Source of the DNA: an uncultured Bacillales bacterium
GTDB lineage: Bacteria; Bacillota_I; Bacilli_A; RFN20; CAG-449
DNA length: 64,000 bases
Assembly: GCA_946641515.1 (NCBI GenBank)
Contig: CAMPBT010000003.1
Coordinates: 140,120 to 204,119, forward strand
Direction: 5' to 3'
The notes under the pieces were generated by a model that saw only the letters and a list, made by a program, of their open reading frames with translations, did not search any database and had not been told where the DNA came from. The position numbers and the translations under genes are program-made. Shown here in pieces: positions 29,339 to 38,916 of this stretch. Position 1 is the first letter of the stretch. Each line of letters begins with the position of its first letter.

Positions 29339-30847
29339 TTAATTACCCCAAATAGCGTCAATATATTCTGGATGGTCAATGAATGGGTTTCTATTACCTT
29401 GAGTCTTTTGACCGCCATTGTTTCTATGTCTTTCCCAATCATCAACTGGATCTTCATGTGCCCATTTAACAAATAAGTTTCTAGCATATGTAGTTAAACC
29501 AAAGTTAGGTGAACTAATGCTTGATGTAAATACTTTACTGCCATCTCCATTTGTAAATGTAGTTGAATTCCAAGCAACACATGCATAGAAATAAGTTCTT
29601 GCAAAATCACCTTTCCATTGATCATTTGGTTCAAATACTGTTCCACTGCATCCAGGGAAATTAGAATCTCCTAAGCCACAATAATTATTTGCAGCTGCTT
29701 TAGTAAATGAAGATACTTCTCCAAATGGAAAATTACTTCTTACACTATTAATCTTTCCATCAGTAGGATAAATAATATAGATATCACATCCTTGGTTTGC
29801 AGTAGATTCACCCCACCATGATTTAGGAATTGAATGTTCCCTATTATACATATCGCCTTCTTTTGAATAAGTAGAAGCGTGGTCACCAGGTTTATACTTA
29901 GATATACATGAATAATAGTCGTTAATATATCCATCAGATTTTAAATCAGTAACTTTATAAGCATCCCAAAGTCCACCATATCCAAGTGAATGATATCCTT
30001 TTTTAGATACAGTTTTTAATTCATCAAATAATGCCATGCCAGTTTTACCTTTACATGATGCATAATGTTCTACTAAATCACCTGTATCTACTGTATCTGT
30101 AAATGGTTCGTAAGTTGTAGAACCTCCAGTAGTACCCGAACCAGATGATCCTCCACTATTTGGATGATCAAAATTATAATCTGTGATTTCTACATCATAG
30201 AAATGTGCAGGATAAGAATCACTTAAATGTTTTGTTTCTGACAATCTAAAATAATTATTGCTTCCAAATGAACCAATATAGTATTTTTTAGAATCTAATG
30301 ATGTTAAGAATGTATTGTATTCAGCATCATATTCCCATACAGATGATGCAGTATCAGTTATATCTAAATTGTAAAAGGTTTTTTTATTACTTTTAGCAAT
30401 TACGGCATTAATATATTTTTTATTGCCATTAAGATTATATGTTAAATAATAACCGCCTTCTGCAGCCTCAATTTTTAATGTAACACTAGATGAAGGAGCA
30501 TCTGCAGTAGCAATATAATATTTTTGATTACTACTATATTCAGTTCCCTTCCAATAAGTCATCTTGTTTAGACCTTTATGGTCCATACCAAAGTAGTATT
30601 CAACCCCGACCTGAGGTTCCTTAACTAAAGGATCTTTTTGTTCTACTTCAGTTTTTCCACTGCTTGAATTAACTTCATTACCATTTCCCTCAGATGAAGT
30701 TGATTGTACAGATTCACTATTGTTAGATGTTTCTGAGATGGTGTCTCCACCATTATTTTTGCCGTTAACATCATTACTACCATTATTAGTTCCGCAGCTA
30801 ATTAAAAGTAATGAAGATAGAGCGGCAAGAATTAATCTTTTGCTCAT
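29339..30847 (-). CDS. Lipoprotein with C-terminal endonuclease I (EndA/Bsn-type) domain
   Basis: Lipobox LISC; NREHSIPKSW, YPTDGKINSVRSNFPFG, KGDFARTYFY, GNRNPFIDHPEY. Confidence 0.9.
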   Translation of the reverse strand: MSKRLILAALSSLLLISCGTNNGSNDVNGKNNGGDTISETSNNSESVQSTSSEGNGNEVNSSSGKTEVEQKDPLVKEPQVGVEYYFGMDHKGLNKMTYWKGTEYSSNQKYYIATADAPSSSVTLKIEAAEGGYYLTYNLNGNKKYINAVIAKSNKKTFYNLDITDTASSVWEYDAEYNTFLTSLDSKKYYIGSFGSNNYFRLSETKHLSDSYPAHFYDVEITDYNFDHPNSGGSSGSGTTGGSTTYEPFTDTVDTGDLVEHYASCKGKTGMALFDELKTVSKKGYHSLGYGGLWDAYKVTDLKSDGYINDYYSCISKYKPGDHASTYSKEGDMYNREHSIPKSWWGESTANQGCDIYIIYPTDGKINSVRSNFPFGEVSSFTKAAANNYCGLGDSNFPGCSGTVFEPNDQWKGDFARTYFYACVAWNSTTFTNGDGSKVFTSSISSPNFGLTTYARNLFVKWAHEDPVDDWERHRNNGGQKTQGNRNPFIDHPEYIDAIWGN

Positions 30848-30986
30848 AAGTTATCTTTTTCCCCCATATTTGCATAAGACTATTATAGTATTAATTTAAG
30901 ACTACATTCAATATGATAAGAACATTTGTTCCTTTCTTGTAAAGCGTAAAAAAGGCATATCTTTCGATATACCTTAAATAGTCTAT

Positions 30987-31346
30987 TTATTTTACATCCA
31001 CATCTTTAGTAATAACGATATTAGAACCTGTACCAAGTACATTTTCAATAACGATATCACCAATATGAACTGGAGCTTTAACACTTACCTTATGAATTTC
31101 ATCCATTACTTCAAAAATCTTTTCTTTTGGAATTGGAGCAGATGTTGCAACCGATGCACGATTAATTTCTCCACCTTCAACATAAACTGTAGAAGTAATC
31201 ATACGAGTAGGATGAGTCATTTCTTGTAAGACGTAGTTCTTACCTCTAATACATGTATTACCAGTTACAGAACCATCTTCGTGGACAGTAATGTGGCAGC
31301 CTCTAGGGCAGACAATACAAGTAAATTCTTTCTTTTCGTTAAGCAT
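30987..31346 (-). CDS. DUF1667 family small Cys-containing protein
   Basis: CIVCPRGC...GNTCIRG, HPTRMITSTV; third gene of the glpA-like trio. Confidence 0.8.
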   Translation of the reverse strand: MLNEKKEFTCIVCPRGCHITVHEDGSVTGNTCIRGKNYVLQEMTHPTRMITSTVYVEGGEINRASVATSAPIPKEKIFEVMDEIHKVSVKAPVHIGDIVIENVLGTGSNIVITKDVDVK

Positions 31347-32586
31347 TTTCTACCTCCACTTTAATATCTTCTGTTGTTAATACAACATTCTTTGGAATAA
31401 CAATTTCTTCCATTTCAGCAGGAAGCATATATTGTTTCTTAATTTGTTTAATTAATTTATCACCTTGATAAATATTAACAACGCTTAATTTATATGGTGA
31501 TCTAACACGGAAATTAACGTGGATATCATCAATATTATCTAAATCTACTTTTGAAGGCATTGTATAACCTACACCATTACCATTAGAGATATTGATATAT
31601 TGTTTAGAATCAAGTTCTCCTCTTAAATATTTAGCAGCATTTTCACCTGCTTTTTTACCTTCCTTAGTAACAAAGTCAACTAAGTCATGGACATGTAAAG
31701 AGTTACCACATGAGAAGATACCTGGAACTGATGTTTGTAATGATTCATCGACAACTGGGCCTCTTGTTGCAGGATGTAATTTAACACCTAAATCAACAAG
31801 TAATGGGTTATATGGTCTTAAGCCTACTGAAAGAAGTAATGTATCACATTCAAATTCTTTTTCAGTACCTTCAATATAATTAAATTTAGAATCTACTTCT
31901 GAAATGATAATCTTTTCTACTCTATTCTTACCAACAATTTGTTTAACTGTATGTGATAAATATAGAGGGATATCATAATCTTTTAAACACTGAACAATGT
32001 TTCTATTTAAACCATTTGAATAAGGCATAAGTTCTGCAACGCCTAAAACTTTAGCGCCTTCTAAAGTCATACGACGTGCCATAATTAAGCCAATATCACC
32101 AGAACCTAAGATAAAGACTCTCTTACCTGCTAAATAACCATCAATATTTAAATATTTCTGTGCTAAACCTGCAGTTAAGACACCTGATGGTCTATCTCCT
32201 GGAATACCAATAGCACCTGCTGTATTTTCTCCACATCCAGTTGCGCAGATAATAGCTTTAGCTTTAACTACTTGGTAACCTTCTTTTTCTGAAGATAATT
32301 CTAATGTCTTATCTTCATGAATTTTTAAAACCATTGTATCTAATTTAATATCAATAGGTCTTTCTTGAGCCATACGTGCGAATCTAGCAGCATATTCAGG
32401 GCCAGTTAATTCTTCTTTAAATGTAGTTAAACCGAAACCATTATGGATACATTGAAGTAAGATACCACCTAAATGTTTTTCTTTTTCTACAATAAGAATA
32501 TCTTTAACGCCGTTATCGTAAGCACTAACTGCAGCAGCAAGTCCTCCAGAACCGCCACCAACAACTACTAAATCATATTCTCTCAT
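31339..32586 (-). CDS. NAD(P)/FAD-dependent oxidoreductase
   Basis: GGGSGGL, GGILLQCIHNGFG, ILGSGDIGLIMARR, CGNSLHVHDLVD. Confidence 0.9.
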   Translation of the reverse strand: MREYDLVVVGGGSGGLAAAVSAYDNGVKDILIVEKEKHLGGILLQCIHNGFGLTTFKEELTGPEYAARFARMAQERPIDIKLDTMVLKIHEDKTLELSSEKEGYQVVKAKAIICATGCGENTAGAIGIPGDRPSGVLTAGLAQKYLNIDGYLAGKRVFILGSGDIGLIMARRMTLEGAKVLGVAELMPYSNGLNRNIVQCLKDYDIPLYLSHTVKQIVGKNRVEKIIISEVDSKFNYIEGTEKEFECDTLLLSVGLRPYNPLLVDLGVKLHPATRGPVVDESLQTSVPGIFSCGNSLHVHDLVDFVTKEGKKAGENAAKYLRGELDSKQYINISNGNGVGYTMPSKVDLDNIDDIHVNFRVRSPYKLSVVNIYQGDKLIKQIKKQYMLPAEMEEIVIPKNVVLTTEDIKVEVENA

Positions 32587-32587
32587 A

Positions 32588-34024
32588 TTATTTTCCCTCC
32601 TTATTGAGGTTTTCTTTTAAGATGTATGAACCAGTCTTACCATACATAACATCCATAACATTTTCATTTAATTCACGAGCAAGAATCTTTCCAACTTCAA
32701 CTTGGCAGAAGCCACCTTGGCATTTACCCATACCAGGTCTTACTCTTCTCTTAACACCTTTGATAGTTCTTGCACCACAATTTCTATGGATACAATCAAT
32801 GATTTCACCTTCAGAAACTGTTTCACATCTACAAACAATCTTACCAAGTTTTGGATTTTCTTTTACTAAAGCAACTTTAGTATCTAAATCCTTTTCTTTT
32901 AATCTAATAGTAGGTCTTCTAGTAGGATTATAATCTTTCTTTTCAACTTTATCTTCAATCATATCTACTACCATTCTAGCAATAGCAGGTGAAGAAGCTA
33001 AACCAGGAGACTGAATACCTGCAACGTTAATAAAGTGAGGTGTAGTTTCTTCAATGATAAAGTCCATACCTTTACCATTTAAGTCTTCAGCGTACGCTCT
33101 ATCTCCAGCAAAAGTTCTAATTTGTTCTCTGTAGTTAATTGAATCAAATAATCTACGTGCTTGTTCTTTTACATTCTTAATAGTTTCTGCATCAGTAGAA
33201 ACATCTTCTCTATCATCAACGAATTCTGCTGAAGGGCCGATTAAATAATTATGATGAGTTGTAGGTGAAATTAATACACCTTTACCTTTTGATGAAGGAA
33301 CATTAAATAAAGTATGTCTACAATATGAATTATCGAAATGATCTAAAACCATATATTCACCTTTTCTAGGTTTAATTCTAAAGAATGGTTCATTTACCAT
33401 ATCGTTAATTTCATCAGCATGAGTACCTGCTGCATTGATAACATATTTAGTTTCGTATTCTTTATCTTGTGTAGTAACTACAAAATGATCACCAACACGT
33501 TTAATTGATTTAACAGTTTGGTTTAAGAATAATTCAACGCCATTATCCATAGCATTTTCAAATCCTGCAACAGTTAATTCAAATGGGTTAACAATGCCTG
33601 CTGTAGGGCATAATAAACCTTGCTTAACTTGATCAGTAATATTAGGTTCAATTTCTTTTAATTCATCATGATTTAAAATCTTATAAGGAACACCATTTGC
33701 TTCACTTCTCTTAGCAAGGTCTTTAAGAACTTCAACTTCTTCATCAGTATTTGCTAAAGTAATAGATCCAATACGTTCAAATTGAACATCTAATTCACGA
33801 GCAATATCATCAAACATTGCGTTGCCTTCAACATTTAATTTTGCCTTTAATGTTCCAGGCTTAGGATCATATCCTGAGTGAACAATTGCAGAGTTTGCAG
33901 AAGAAGTTTCTTCACCGACATCATCTTCTTTTTCAAGAACGACAGTTTTTAAAGTATATCTACTTAATCTTCTCGCGATCATTGAACCAATGACTCCGCC
34001 ACCAATAATTAATACATCATACAT
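32588..34024 (-). CDS. FAD-dependent oxidoreductase with BFD-like [2Fe-2S] domain (glycerol-3-phosphate dehydrogenase GlpA/LhgO-like)
   Basis: IGGGVIG, TSSANSAIVHSG, PRKGEY, GIQSPGL, C-terminal CRCE...GKCQGGFC. Confidence 0.88.
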   Translation of the reverse strand: MYDVLIIGGGVIGSMIARRLSRYTLKTVVLEKEDDVGEETSSANSAIVHSGYDPKPGTLKAKLNVEGNAMFDDIARELDVQFERIGSITLANTDEEVEVLKDLAKRSEANGVPYKILNHDELKEIEPNITDQVKQGLLCPTAGIVNPFELTVAGFENAMDNGVELFLNQTVKSIKRVGDHFVVTTQDKEYETKYVINAAGTHADEINDMVNEPFFRIKPRKGEYMVLDHFDNSYCRHTLFNVPSSKGKGVLISPTTHHNYLIGPSAEFVDDREDVSTDAETIKNVKEQARRLFDSINYREQIRTFAGDRAYAEDLNGKGMDFIIEETTPHFINVAGIQSPGLASSPAIARMVVDMIEDKVEKKDYNPTRRPTIRLKEKDLDTKVALVKENPKLGKIVCRCETVSEGEIIDCIHRNCGARTIKGVKRRVRPGMGKCQGGFCQVEVGKILARELNENVMDVMYGKTGSYILKENLNKEGK

Positions 34025-34163
34025 ATTATTTCTCTCCTATCTCTTATATTCTAATATAAGAAAAGTCCAGTTTAAAGATATAATTTGAAAGCCCTTACAC
34101 ATTTTTTAGCAATTAATTAACAAAGTAAAATAATTTTAAAATTTTATATCAAAAAAAGTGTTT

Positions 34164-35003
34164 TTAATACTTCAATGCTTTGTTTAATAATATTTCAAGA
34201 TTACTGCAAACCTCTATAAAACTATAGCCATTTGCATAATCATAATTACTAACGTATTTATTCCAAAAATCATTCATAGTTTTAGATTTTTTTATTTCAT
34301 CTATGACGTTATGATAATTATTTAATTTATTAATACTGTCGCGATGTTCAAACGTTTTTATTATCGCTTTTTTTAGTAAATTATAATCCATTTTATCTTT
34401 GTAGTTAATTGACAAAATATTTACATCATAAAAGTCTCTAGGTCTAGTGTTTAAAACAGATCTAGAAATAATAGATTCAATTTTTTCGGCTAAGATAGTA
34501 TATATACTGTAAGACATGACATTAATTTTTCTATCTTCTAATAACAATTTATATTCATATTTTATAGCACTAGGAACAATTATATCTCCTGTTGTAATAT
34601 CAATTTTTAAAATTACTGATAATGGATTAAAATCTGCATTCAGCGTTACTCGATACCCTTTATATGTATCGTTTTCTCTAATTTCTTGAATATTATTAAA
34701 TTTAAAAACAAAATTATCATTTAAATCTATTTTACATATATCTTCTAAAATCCTTCTTATTGATTCTTCGTTAACAGGGAAATGGCAAATTGTCGTATCC
34801 ATATCCATAGTTGTTCTTGAACCAATACCAATCAAAGAAGAAATCAGTAATCCACCTTTTAAAATAAAGTTTTTATTATATTTTGAAATAGACATCCTTT
34901 CTAAAAATCTTTCCAAAACATAATTTTGAAGAACTTGTTGAGGAGATATATTCTTTTCTATTGAGATACGCTTGATATCTGATTTTAATTTCATTGAATT
35001 CAC
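34164..35003 (-). CDS. abiEii: AbiEii family nucleotidyltransferase toxin (type IV TA), GTG start
   Basis: FILKGG, RTTMDMD, KIDITTGD, ILAEK, NTRPRDFYD. Confidence 0.9.
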   Translation of the reverse strand: MNSMKLKSDIKRISIEKNISPQQVLQNYVLERFLERMSISKYNKNFILKGGLLISSLIGIGSRTTMDMDTTICHFPVNEESIRRILEDICKIDLNDNFVFKFNNIQEIRENDTYKGYRVTLNADFNPLSVILKIDITTGDIIVPSAIKYEYKLLLEDRKINVMSYSIYTILAEKIESIISRSVLNTRPRDFYDVNILSINYKDKMDYNLLKKAIIKTFEHRDSINKLNNYHNVIDEIKKSKTMNDFWNKYVSNYDYANGYSFIEVCSNLEILLNKALKY

Positions 35004-35596
35004 TATAATAAAACCTCCATGTATGCTTTCACTCTATTTTCCACATTAAATTTTTTAGCATAATCCATAAGCAGTTCTAATTGTTTATTAGAGTCAATTG
35101 CATATGATTTAAACGCAGAAGTAATAATTTGAATATCAACATTATTCTTCGATTGTAAGATTTCACATAAAGATCTTTCTTTGCAATAAGCCCATACTTT
35201 ATTTCCATACGGAGTCTTTATTTGTATTAATCCATCCTTGTAATATTTATCATTTATATTTTTACAATTTATTCCTCTTTTCTTTGGATTTGATAGATTA
35301 TATGTTTGAGGGAATGACATATCTAATTTTTCAGGTGTACGATCACTTAATCCATTTAGATATAAAGAAGTATTCAATGAATAAATTCCTTTTTTAAAAC
35401 GTATTTGTTCATTTAGAAAATTATCATCTAAATATTCAGGCATAATATATACGCCTCTTGAACTTTTTACTAATCTACCTTTTTTTACTAAATATAAAAT
35501 AGAACCTCTTTTTATATTCAAATTAGTAGCAGCCAAAGTAGTAATTACACCATTATTAGCTTCTGCTATTCTTAATAAGGCTGATTTTGTATTCAT
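35003..35596 (-). CDS. abiEi: AbiEi family antitoxin / transcriptional regulator
   Basis: N-terminal wHTH (NNGVITT...LVKSSRGVY), IYSLNTSLYLNGLSDRTP, ERSLCEIL; 1-bp overlap with the toxin. Confidence 0.88.
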   Translation of the reverse strand: MNTKSALLRIAEANNGVITTLAATNLNIKRGSILYLVKKGRLVKSSRGVYIMPEYLDDNFLNEQIRFKKGIYSLNTSLYLNGLSDRTPEKLDMSFPQTYNLSNPKKRGINCKNINDKYYKDGLIQIKTPYGNKVWAYCKERSLCEILQSKNNVDIQIITSAFKSYAIDSNKQLELLMDYAKKFNVENRVKAYMEVLL

Positions 35597-35613
35597 AATC
35601 TATCACCTCCTCA

Positions 35614-35662
35614 TTTTACTTTCTTGCTTAAATTATAATATTTTTTAAGCATAAAAGTCAAA
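35614..35662. promoter_or_regulatory. 19-bp imperfect inverted repeats over the abiE promoter
   Basis: TTTTACTTTCTTGCTTAAA versus the reverse complement of the right arm TTTGACTTTTATGCTTAAA (16/19 identical); TTGACT-18-TATAAT on the minus strand lies within. Confidence 0.7.
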
Positions 35663-35705
35663 TATTTAAAATCCATAAAAAAAGAATGCAAACCTTAATT
35701 AGGTT

Positions 35706-36158
35706 TTAAGCATTCACAGTTTCAATCATAATAGATTTAATATATTCTTCTTTAGTTTTGGAAAAATCTTTATTTGCACATAGAAATGCTAAAGCAATCT
35801 TAATCATTTCTTCATAAGCAATTTCACTCATTGCTTTAACACTAAAAACTAATTCTTGAATAAAGCTTTTAGTTTTTTCACTTGATAAAAGTTCTGGTAA
35901 ATAATTATTAACCATATCCCTAGTTACAGATGGATTAATAAATTTATGTAATAATTCATATTCTTTCTCATCACAAACTAGGTCACATCCTACAACACTC
36001 ATAATATAAATAAAATAAGCTTTAGAAGGATCAAACTTCATATTTTCAGATAGTTTGCTTAAAGAAGCCTTTAATGAATATAAACAAGTTTGTTGTTCAT
36101 CCATTAATTCTTCAATAGATTTAGAAAGATAATCTTTTACAATTTCTAAATAATTCAT
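35706..36158 (-). CDS. Hypothetical helical protein, possibly TerB-like
   Basis: 150 aa; GCDLVCDEKEYELL and FLCANKDFSKTKEEYI resemble the two degenerate A.DG....E repeats of TerB folds. Confidence 0.45.
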   Translation of the reverse strand: MNYLEIVKDYLSKSIEELMDEQQTCLYSLKASLSKLSENMKFDPSKAYFIYIMSVVGCDLVCDEKEYELLHKFINPSVTRDMVNNYLPELLSSEKTKSFIQELVFSVKAMSEIAYEEMIKIALAFLCANKDFSKTKEEYIKSIMIETVNA

Positions 36159-36418
36159 TATGCGTTAATAGCGGAAATTACATTAATTGCAGAGAAAGCA
36201 ATTGCAAAAGCAAGCAATACAAAAGCAGAAATGTACATAATCTTTCCATAGAAATTAGTTTTCTTTTCTAACTGGAAAATTAATGATTCATCTTGACAAG
36301 AAGCCTTTTGAGCATCAGTTAATTTCTTATTAAATACAAAATATAAAATTAATAAGGTGATAAACGCAACAAGTGATGCTGCAGTAAAACCTAATAAAAT
36401 ATAACGTGCAATATCCAT
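36158..36418 (-). CDS. Small two-TM membrane protein
   Basis: 86 aa, GGAGGGAG RBS, TAATG overlap with the next gene. Confidence 0.75.
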   Translation of the reverse strand: MDIARYILLGFTAASLVAFITLLILYFVFNKKLTDAQKASCQDESLIFQLEKKTNFYGKIMYISAFVLLAFAIAFSAINVISAINA

Positions 36419-36508
36419 CTTTCTCCCTCCAAAAATTTAAATGAATATATCGATTTTTATAATACTCTACAATTGTTTAGTCTTCAATAAATTAGTCCTT
36501 TACAAAGT

Positions 36509-37039
36509 TTAACTTTTTGTCTCTTTTAATAATTTAACGTACTTTAGAGTAGCTTTTTCACCCTTTTCTTGAAGCATAGTAAGCCACTCTTTAAGAGTTT
36601 CACGAGTCTTAGGTGCCATAGAAGCATATTTATCTGCTCTATTAAAATAATCTAAAGGATCAGAATCTTTATAAGCTTTACCAGCATAAATTCTAGAAGC
36701 TGCTATTCTATCTGCAAAAGATTCTTTTAAATATCTTAAAGGCATTTCAACAGGTTCATAAACATGAGTAAGAGGATTAATATCACTCCAATATTCATAA
36801 TGATGTTTATTTCTACCTTTATGATGAAGCCATGCTTTAGAAAAACCAAGAACCTCTCTAGATTTAGCATTCGGAGAACGATTACCCTGATAATATTTAG
36901 CACCTTCCCAAAATTCAGTAAATCCATATTTACTTAAATCATGGAATAAGCCTTGAAAACCAATTCCAAGTTTAAAACAATAATGGATAACTTTATGACG
37001 ATGTCTAGTAATAGTAATAAAGTGTTTAAATGGATGCAT
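36509..37039 (-). CDS. DUF5662-like HD-type metal-binding protein
   Basis: RHRHKV, HDLSK, HHKGRNKHHYEYW, ESFADR. Confidence 0.7.
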   Translation of the reverse strand: MHPFKHFITITRHRHKVIHYCFKLGIGFQGLFHDLSKYGFTEFWEGAKYYQGNRSPNAKSREVLGFSKAWLHHKGRNKHHYEYWSDINPLTHVYEPVEMPLRYLKESFADRIAASRIYAGKAYKDSDPLDYFNRADKYASMAPKTRETLKEWLTMLQEKGEKATLKYVKLLKETKS

Positions 37040-37041
37040 AA

Positions 37042-38733
37042 TTATTCAGCTTTCTTATCATCAGATTTAATCATAGAAGCATCAATTATAGGTGTTTCAG
37101 TAGTTTCAGGTTTAGTAGCAAGTTTTTTAATAGGAAGTCTACCCATATATTTATCAATAATAGCCTCTGCTACCTTTATTCCATCAAGCGCAGAAGAAGT
37201 AATGCCTCCGCCATGAGAAGAGCCTTCTCCTGAAGGATAAATGCCTCTAATTGAAGAATCAAAAGTATCTGGATCTCTAATAATCTTAATAGGTGAAGAT
37301 GATCTAGTTTCTACCCCAGTCATAACCGCATCATCATTATCAAATAGTGAGAAACGTCTACTAAAGACATTTAAAGCTTCCTTTAAAGATTCAGAAACAA
37401 ACTTAGGAAAAATTTTATTAAAATCTGCAAAATAGAAACCAGGTTTATAAGAAGGTTTTATCTTGCCTAAACCATCAGTAACCTTATTATTTAAGAAATC
37501 ACCTACTCTTTGAACAGGAGCATAGTAAGGATAAGTAGGATTAAACGCTAATCTTTCTAAAGATTCCTGGAAATACATTCCGTCTAGCGGAGAATTAACA
37601 TAATAATCTTCTTTCTTAATACCTACTAATATAGCAGAGTTACAGTTAATTCCATCACGAGCATGGTTGGAAAAACCATTAGTAACAACAGTATTAGGTG
37701 AAGTAGAAGTATTAGCAACTTCTCCTCCAGGACACATACAGAAAGAATAAACCCCTCTATCTAAGCTTCTAAATTGAGCGCTAATTTGATAATCAGCACT
37801 TCCAAGTTTAGGATTAGAAGAATAATCACCATATTGAATCTTATTAAGATCTTCTTGAAGGTGTTCAATTCTTACACCAACAGAAAAATCTTTAGCTTCC
37901 ATCTTAAGATTTTGTTCATATAAATTAACGAATGTGTCTCTTGCAGAATGACCAATAGCAAGAATGACATCATCAGTTTCAATTACACATTTATTATTTT
38001 CTTTATCAATATAAGTAATAGATTTAACTTTACCTTTTTCTTCAGTAAATGATACATAAGTAGATTCCCACATAAAAGTACCACCTAAAGAGATGATTTC
38101 TTTTCTAATAGAACGAACTACACCAGGAAGTAAATCACTACCAATATGAGGTTTAGCGTCATAATAAATTTCTTTTGGAGCACCATGGTTAATAAATTCA
38201 TTTAAGATAAATCTAACACGTCTATCATTAACGCGAGTAAATAATTTACCATCAGAGAAAGTACCCGCTCCCCCTTCACCAAAACACATATTAGAATTTT
38301 CATTAACTACTCTAGTTCTAATGAATTCTTCAATATCTTTTTGTCTATCTTCAACCTTCTTACCTCTTTCAATAATAATAGGTTTAGCGCCAGCTCTCGC
38401 TAAAATTAATGCTGCAAACATTCCAGCAGGACCAAAGCCAACAACTACTGGACGCTTTTCAGGTTTAATCTCATCAATATGAATAGTTTCAACTAAATCA
38501 CTTAATTTAACATTCTTGTTATCAAGGATATTCTTTTTATCTGATAATAAACTAACAAGAACTGTATAAGTATATAAAATATGAGACTTGTTTCTTGCAT
38601 CAAGTGCTCTTTTAACTACTTTATAAGATCCAATCTTGCCTTGATCAATTTTTAACATCTTGGCAATTTTAATAGGTAATAATGATTCATCATCATTAAT
38701 ATCTAAATACACGTTACTAACTAATATTTCCAT
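37042..38733 (-). CDS. NAD(P)/FAD-dependent oxidoreductase (uncharacterised FAD-dependent dehydrogenase family)
   Basis: VVGFGPAG, FGEGGAGTFSDGKL, VYSFCMCPGG, GVETRSSSP, GGITSSALDG. Confidence 0.9.
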   Translation of the reverse strand: MEILVSNVYLDINDDESLLPIKIAKMLKIDQGKIGSYKVVKRALDARNKSHILYTYTVLVSLLSDKKNILDNKNVKLSDLVETIHIDEIKPEKRPVVVGFGPAGMFAALILARAGAKPIIIERGKKVEDRQKDIEEFIRTRVVNENSNMCFGEGGAGTFSDGKLFTRVNDRRVRFILNEFINHGAPKEIYYDAKPHIGSDLLPGVVRSIRKEIISLGGTFMWESTYVSFTEEKGKVKSITYIDKENNKCVIETDDVILAIGHSARDTFVNLYEQNLKMEAKDFSVGVRIEHLQEDLNKIQYGDYSSNPKLGSADYQISAQFRSLDRGVYSFCMCPGGEVANTSTSPNTVVTNGFSNHARDGINCNSAILVGIKKEDYYVNSPLDGMYFQESLERLAFNPTYPYYAPVQRVGDFLNNKVTDGLGKIKPSYKPGFYFADFNKIFPKFVSESLKEALNVFSRRFSLFDNDDAVMTGVETRSSSPIKIIRDPDTFDSSIRGIYPSGEGSSHGGGITSSALDGIKVAEAIIDKYMGRLPIKKLATKPETTETPIIDASMIKSDDKKAE

Positions 38734-38845
38734 AACAAATCCTTTTTAAACTTATAATAAGTTTATACCAAAATTATAGTTTAATTAATTATCAAATACA
38801 ATAAAACGCCATTTAGACTATATATGTAAAAATTTGCAAAAATAT

Positions 38846-38872
38846 TTAGCAAAGCTATTGACAGAGTGCTAA
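38846..38872 (+). promoter_or_regulatory. CIRCE element 1 (HrcA operator) overlapping the -35 box
   Basis: TTAGCAAAG-N9-GAGTGCTAA; consensus is TTAGCACTC-N9-GAGTGCTAA. Confidence 0.75.
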
Positions 38873-38885
38873 AAAGAATTATAAT
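38858..38885 (+). promoter_or_regulatory. Consensus sigma-A promoter
   Basis: TTGACA (38858-38863), 16 bp spacer, TATAAT (38880-38885). Confidence 0.85.
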
Positions 38886-38889
38886 GTAA

Positions 38890-38916
38890 TTAGCAAACAC
38901 GAATAGTGAGTGCTAA
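38890..38916 (+). promoter_or_regulatory. CIRCE element 2 at the predicted +1
   Basis: TTAGCAAAC-N9-GAGTGCTAA. Confidence 0.75.
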
